A stretch of DNA of 64,000 nt from Promethearchaeota archaeon (GTDB taxonomy: Archaea; Asgardarchaeota; Lokiarchaeia; Sigyniarchaeales; SOKP01). The notes beneath the pieces were generated by a model. It saw only the letters and a list, made by a program, of their open reading frames with translations, searched no databases and was not told the origin of the DNA. The translations under genes were made by a program, and so were the position numbers. Of this stretch, positions 59,039 through 64,000 are shown piece after piece. Within the stretch, counting starts at the first letter, position 1. Each line of letters opens with the position of its first letter. The stretch is from contig JAHPZA010000009.1 of the NCBI GenBank assembly GCA_019058445.1, positions 480,001 to 544,000 of the forward strand, given 5' to 3'.

Positions 59039-60205
59039 ATGTTGTTCCAAGAAATTAATGGTTGGATAGTAGGTGGAGTTATCTCGGGGATCATTATATT
59101 ATTCTTAATCATAGTTTTCATGGCTACGCGCTACCGAAAATTCAAAACTAACCAATTCGTTATACATTTAAGGAATGGTAAAGTAAAACACGCAGGACTA
59201 GGAGGTTCCTTATGGTTATTACCTTTAATTGATGAATTTATTGTAATACCTACAACTAGTATTCAGACAAATCTAGATGCTCATGAACAAGTTGTTTCAA
59301 AAGAATATCAGAATATCTCTATCTTTGGCATGTTAATCTGGAAAGTTGTTGATCCTGAGAAAGCCTTTAGTGCAATATCTTGGTACCCTCGGGATGAAAA
59401 TTACATTGAAAAAATCTTAAAGAATGCTGCTGAAGCAATAATTAGAACTACAGCTGCTAATATGGAAATTGAGAAAATCATCAGGGAACGACGAGAGATC
59501 ATCAAAGAAATAAGTAAGGAACTACATGAATTAACTGCAGATTGGGGGATCGTGATAGAATCAATTGAAATACGGGAGGTAAATATACTGGAACACGAGT
59601 TAAAAGAAAATATGGAACAAGTAAAAAAATCTATTGAGGCTAGAAAAGCTCGGATAGCTAGGGCTGACGCAGAAAGGGAATCCCGCCTAAGAGAATTAGA
59701 AGTAAGGAACGAAATTGGTATTCAAGAACAACTAGTGGAAAAAGAGGTAGCAATGCAAGAAAAAGACAGAGAAATTGCTATAGCGGAAAAAGAACGAGAC
59801 CGAAAGACAATTGAAGCGGATGGTGATCGACAGAAAAAAGTTATCGAAGCCGAAGCTGATGCTCAACAAATCAAGAAAAAACTCATTGCTCAGGCTGAAG
59901 GTGAAGCAGAAAATATCAAGCAACAAATGCTTGCTCAAGCTGAAGGTTTCAAAAAACAAGTGGAAGCTATGACCAGTGCTGATGAGAGGTTTTTAGCAGT
60001 GCAATTAACAAATATTCTACCGGAGATATTCAAGAATTTAAATCCTGATAAGATGTTTATCATGGGAGACGGTAATGAATCCTTTACTGCGCTTTCAAAA
60101 GCAATCATGCCATTCTTACAGCTATTACCCGAATATTCCGATCAAATTAAGAAATTTTTTGGAAATGGTGAAATGAAAGAAGTATTGGCAAAAATTAAGA
60201 AATAA
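59039..60205 (+). CDS. SPFH/flotillin-like protein
   Basis: N-terminal TM, band-7 domain ('WGIVIESIEIREV'), AEA/EA-rich coiled coil. Confidence 0.92.
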   Translation: MLFQEINGWIVGGVISGIIILFLIIVFMATRYRKFKTNQFVIHLRNGKVKHAGLGGSLWLLPLIDEFIVIPTTSIQTNLDAHEQVVSKEYQNISIFGMLIWKVVDPEKAFSAISWYPRDENYIEKILKNAAEAIIRTTAANMEIEKIIRERREIIKEISKELHELTADWGIVIESIEIREVNILEHELKENMEQVKKSIEARKARIARADAERESRLRELEVRNEIGIQEQLVEKEVAMQEKDREIAIAEKERDRKTIEADGDRQKKVIEAEADAQQIKKKLIAQAEGEAENIKQQMLAQAEGFKKQVEAMTSADERFLAVQLTNILPEIFKNLNPDKMFIMGDGNESFTALSKAIMPFLQLLPEYSDQIKKFFGNGEMKEVLAKIKK

Positions 60206-60288
60206 CTACTTTTTTTTTATTAATTCAAGGGTTTTTTTTTAAATTTAAAATAAAATTAAAAAAATAAAAGGGTGAAATAAGAAAAAAA

Positions 60289-61278
60289 ATGTCTAATCTA
60301 ATTCAAAATAGGAAAAACCTAGAAAAAGAAGAATTTATTAGACAATATATAGAAATTTATGATAAAAGAGTATATTTAATAGCAAAACATGTTGTCTTAT
60401 CTCAAATCTCCCTCTTAATTTTAACGGGAATAATAACTATATTAATATCTTTGATAGGCTTTACAGCAGCTAGGCTACTTTCATTATTAGTTTTTTGGAT
60501 GATCTTCGAGTTTATAATTCCAGTTTTTAGTATAATATATATTTACTTTAAACGGAATACATTTTATTACAATTTTAGTTGGCGTCAAATATTATTGTAT
60601 TACTTAATTATTTGGCTTTCAATAACAACTTATATTGGAATTTTTGTGGATTTTTATTTAGGATTTGGTAAAACTTTGTTAACAGGTCTATGTTTATCAC
60701 TTTATTATATTATTGGATATTTAATTGCTAAAAAATGTTGGAGTATCCGCTTCTATTTTAATAAAAAACAAATAAAATATTTATTTCGTATAATATCGAT
60801 TGTTTTAATTATAGGATTTCTAATCCTGGGTTGGTATATTTTAAATTTATCTATAAAAGGGAATAACATCAAAGGAATACCTGAAAATGTAGACGAGAGT
60901 TTTTTAAGTGAATTTATTTTTACTATAGGATTATTTACTATGCTAAATGGTTTTGGGATAGTACTATCTGCCTATTTAAACTTTCGAATGTTATATTTAC
61001 TTTATGCAGAACCTTTTTGGAATGTGAAAAGCGATTCTCCAAATAAACTTTATATGAAATGCTTAAGTAGGACGATGATTTGTATGTTCTTTTTTTGGTT
61101 ATTTATGGAAATATTCTTTCCTCCGATATCAATAAATCTCGATAAATTGAAGTGGGAACGTACTAAGAAAATTACACCCAAATTTAGCCCAAAAGAACGA
61201 AGTCTAGTATATAATGAATGGAAAGAGGAAGGTCTTGCTATAAATGTAGAAAAAATTAAGAGAGGTTATAAATATTAG
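60289..61278 (+). CDS. Hypothetical multi-pass membrane protein
   Basis: About 7 hydrophobic segments. Confidence 0.7.
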   Translation: MSNLIQNRKNLEKEEFIRQYIEIYDKRVYLIAKHVVLSQISLLILTGIITILISLIGFTAARLLSLLVFWMIFEFIIPVFSIIYIYFKRNTFYYNFSWRQILLYYLIIWLSITTYIGIFVDFYLGFGKTLLTGLCLSLYYIIGYLIAKKCWSIRFYFNKKQIKYLFRIISIVLIIGFLILGWYILNLSIKGNNIKGIPENVDESFLSEFIFTIGLFTMLNGFGIVLSAYLNFRMLYLLYAEPFWNVKSDSPNKLYMKCLSRTMICMFFFWLFMEIFFPPISINLDKLKWERTKKITPKFSPKERSLVYNEWKEEGLAINVEKIKRGYKY

Positions 61279-61312
61279 TGAAAATGAATTACATGATATT
61301 ATTTTAAAAAAA

Positions 61313-62227
61313 ATGTTGGATGGAAATTTGGAATTTCAGTGGAAATTACGTAATAAATCTAAGACAGTAAATATAAATGGCACACTTCCAAAATATCCGG
61401 TCCTAATTCTTACATGTATGGATTCGAGAATAAATATCTATGAAATTTTCCAATTAAATCTTGGTGATGTATTAATTTTGAGAAATGCTGGAAATGTATA
61501 TTCTAAAGATATTATGAGATCAATTTTATTAGCGATTTTCGAGTTTAAGATAAATCACATCATCATTTTAGGACATCTGGACTGCCAAATGACAAAAGTT
61601 AATATAAGTAATTTAAAACATGAATTGGCTCCTTCATTAGTGAGGCAATTATATGATCGAGATGAGACTCCTGAAGAGGGAATTAAGAGGTTTTTTAAAA
61701 TATTTGATGATGAAATAAGAATGGTTAATAACCAAATAAAATTATTGAGAAAATTTCCAGATTTTCCCAAAGGAATAGAAATCATGGGAATGTTATATGA
61801 TGTAAATAGCGGCTGGATTTTTGATTCAAAAGATTTTGAACATTTAGAAAGTAAAGAAGAATTCTTGATAAATTTTAAAAAGTTATTAAGAAAAAAGTAC
61901 AAGAAATTAACGAAATTTGTAAAATGTCTAAAAACTGAAAAACAAGAATTAAAATTGTTAAAAAATACTGCTCCTTTAGAAAAAAAAGTTAAACAGAATC
62001 ATTTCGCTAATCATTTAGAAAACGAATCCAAATCTTTTAAAATACTCCCAAAATCATTTACTGCTAAAAATTACGTCATAAACGGGATAAATCCAATTAA
62101 ATTATTTAGTAATAAAAAAAGCTCTTGTGCTCCAAGAAATTTAAGAATTAAAATAATTGTTCCAAAATATTCGATCCCCAAATTAAATTTTCTTAATCCA
62201 AATATCAATTTAAAAAATGAAGGTTAG
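61313..62227 (+). CDS. Beta-class carbonic anhydrase-like protein with basic C-terminal tail (possible ATT start at 61274)
   Basis: 'TCMDSR', 'RNAGN', 'GHLDC', 'YDV.SG'. Confidence 0.85.
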   Translation: MLDGNLEFQWKLRNKSKTVNINGTLPKYPVLILTCMDSRINIYEIFQLNLGDVLILRNAGNVYSKDIMRSILLAIFEFKINHIIILGHLDCQMTKVNISNLKHELAPSLVRQLYDRDETPEEGIKRFFKIFDDEIRMVNNQIKLLRKFPDFPKGIEIMGMLYDVNSGWIFDSKDFEHLESKEEFLINFKKLLRKKYKKLTKFVKCLKTEKQELKLLKNTAPLEKKVKQNHFANHLENESKSFKILPKSFTAKNYVINGINPIKLFSNKKSSCAPRNLRIKIIVPKYSIPKLNFLNPNINLKNEG

Positions 62228-62277
62228 AATATAGAATGATATCTGTAATTTTAATTAAAAAAAGAGTGAATTATTAA

Positions 62278-63282
62278 TTGTTAAAATATAAAAGAGTTAT
62301 AATTTTGAAGGTATTCATAATCGTCTTTATTTTATTTCCAGTTTTTTTCTCAAAATCTTATGCTGAATCAGATTATGACTTGAATTTTAGAAAAGATATT
62401 GAAATCACTTGGGAATATGCGAAAGTAGATGATATTTTAATTAATAGAATAAAATTTTTCTTCAATTCTAGTCTCTATTGTTTAAATCATTCCGATAATG
62501 AAGAAGATTCTAGGTTCATGAATTATATTGAAGATATCGAAAAATCTTCAGATAAATGGAAAGTAAAAATATCTTATAAGCATAATGACAATTCTCATCA
62601 AAATTTAAAGGAATTAAAAATTTATGAAGATCCAGGTAAAATTCCCATTGAGTGGTTTTATGAGATTAATGATCTTAAACTTCGCTATATCCCTTATCGT
62701 GTAAATGATTATTTAGACGAACTTATTGAAGGGGCTCCAGTTATTTTTAATACAAGTATATTAAAGGGTTCGTTTTCACAATTATTAATACATCGCCATA
62801 GTGGCAATAAAACTATTATAGCGGAACTCAGTTATGATAATGCAGGAATAATCGATAAATTTAAAGTGAAAATTGATGATAAGACGGCTTATTATTATAA
62901 AAAGATAGGCATAAAAACTAATGGTCCTCATCAAGATCCTTTATTGATGATTATACTGATTATTTTTGCGATATGTATATCATCATGGCCTTTATGCTTA
63001 GCATTATTAAGCTACAGAAAAAAATCTAGATTAAAAAATCTAACTATAACCGATAAGAATAATAAACACTTGATAGATCCCCGAATTAGAAATTTAGAAT
63101 TCATTGATAACAAAACCTCAAAAAAAGAACCAATATTGATTCCTGGAACAGAGAATCCAAATATTTTAGGTAGCAAAGAAAATTCTAAAACACTCTACGA
63201 GAAATATGAATTATTTGAGAAGGATATTCTATTTGTTGAAAATTATAATGAAAGTAAGAGAAAGAAGTCAAATTTAGTTTGA
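62278..63282 (+). CDS. Secreted/membrane-anchored hypothetical protein
   Basis: Signal peptide and a C-terminal TM helix followed by a basic segment. Confidence 0.65.
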   Translation: MLKYKRVIILKVFIIVFILFPVFFSKSYAESDYDLNFRKDIEITWEYAKVDDILINRIKFFFNSSLYCLNHSDNEEDSRFMNYIEDIEKSSDKWKVKISYKHNDNSHQNLKELKIYEDPGKIPIEWFYEINDLKLRYIPYRVNDYLDELIEGAPVIFNTSILKGSFSQLLIHRHSGNKTIIAELSYDNAGIIDKFKVKIDDKTAYYYKKIGIKTNGPHQDPLLMIILIIFAICISSWPLCLALLSYRKKSRLKNLTITDKNNKHLIDPRIRNLEFIDNKTSKKEPILIPGTENPNILGSKENSKTLYEKYELFEKDILFVENYNESKRKKSNLV

Positions 63283-63308
63283 TAAAAGATAGAAAAGGTG
63301 AAAAATAA

Positions 63309-64000
63309 ATGGGTGAAGATATAGAAAGAAATTTTTTGAATAACAATATCAAATTTCGATGGAATGTTATCCAAGATTTAGAAAAAATTGATTCAGTAGA
63401 AGATTATCCAAAATATCCCGTTCTATTTCTTACGTGTATGGATCCGAGAATTGATATTAATAGAATTTTTCAACTCAATCCTGGAGATGTATTTGTATTA
63501 AGAAACGCAGGAAATATTTTAACTATTGATATGTTAAGATCGATTTTAATTACCATTCATGAATATAACATAAAATACATAATTATCCTCGGGCACTTAG
63601 ACTGTGGAATGACGAAAATTGACTTACTAAAATTGAGAGAAAAGTTATATATAAAATCTCGAGAATTAATAATTCGAAAGGGTAATAATCCATATTCAGA
63701 ACTTCGAAATTTTTTTAAACCATTTAAAGACGTTTTGCAGAATATTAATGAACAGATTGATAGTCTGAGAGATTTTAAAGGTTTTCCGTCGAATGTGAAA
63801 ATTAGAGGATGGTTATATGATGTTCATACGGGTTGGGTGTTTGAAACTGATAATTTGAGAAATTTTGAGTCCACTGAGGATCTCATGATAAATTACAAAG
63901 ATCTTATTAGTAAGAAAGACCTGGAGTTGGTTGATTCTTTAATATCTCTGGAAAAAGATTCTTTGGATCCTAAGAGCTTGATTCGAAAATATGAAGAAGA
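63309..64000 (+). CDS. Second beta-carbonic anhydrase-like paralog, 3'-truncated by the window edge
   Basis: AGGTGA RBS; MGEDIERNF...PKYPVLFLTCMDPR...RNAGN...GHLDCGM...YDVHTG; no stop before 64000. Confidence 0.85.
   Translation, partial: MGEDIERNFLNNNIKFRWNVIQDLEKIDSVEDYPKYPVLFLTCMDPRIDINRIFQLNPGDVFVLRNAGNILTIDMLRSILITIHEYNIKYIIILGHLDCGMTKIDLLKLREKLYIKSRELIIRKGNNPYSELRNFFKPFKDVLQNINEQIDSLRDFKGFPSNVKIRGWLYDVHTGWVFETDNLRNFESTEDLMINYKDLISKKDLELVDSLISLEKDSLDPKSLIRKYEE

Noticed and set aside
947-61902. Numerous short antisense or overlapping ORFs in the track (e.g. 947-1438, 23160-23489, 26324-26728, 41986-42432, 58037-58264, 61555-61902)
   Set aside because: Shadow frames of well-supported genes with no family motifs.
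1-64000. tRNA or rRNA genes
   Set aside because: No GC-rich cloverleaf or rRNA-like segment was recognised by eye; a covariance-model scan would be needed to exclude them fully.

Overview
AT-rich archaeal chromosomal window. A roadblock protein, longin-like proteins, GGTGA-type ribosome-binding sites and the gene content suggest an Asgard archaeon (Lokiarchaeia-like); this is inferred, not searched. In order: (1) 1-14.5 kb, a sugar-utilisation region (GH38-like fragment, RraA-family aldolase, IlvD-family dehydratase, PD40 propeller, GH15 glucoamylase, two sugar transporters, YdjC deacetylase, tungsten AOR), interrupted by a solo tnpB with a rearranged, Fanzor-like RuvC site. (2) 14.7-26.8 kb, mixed genes including GGPP synthase, PepD, a SelB-like protein and HypB. 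(3) 26.9-41.7 kb, a near-complete isoprenoid/mevalonate cluster (GGR, UbiX, IDI-2, IPK, MVK, haloarchaeal-type PMD, both AcnX subunits, UbiD-type AMPD, HMGR, an HMGS-DUF35 fusion, cis-prenyltransferase). (4) 41.9-54 kb, a GCS2-type ligase/amidohydrolase operon plus longin-like and roadblock genes. (5) 57.9-64 kb, an NfeD-like/flotillin operon and two beta-carbonic-anhydrase-like paralogs. Main observation: the mevalonate kinase gene is split inside its conserved G-E-H motif by a 31-nt insertion that folds as a bulge-helix-bulge-like structure, and the predicted cut sites restore the frame exactly. This is a candidate tRNA-type intron in an Asgard protein-coding gene. An intron-less remnant of the same gene start lies 1.5 kb away. 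Also seen: diverged gene-end remnants flanking inserted cassettes, and several genes that appear to start at ATA/ACG/ATT. No rRNA, tRNA or CRISPR array was recognised.
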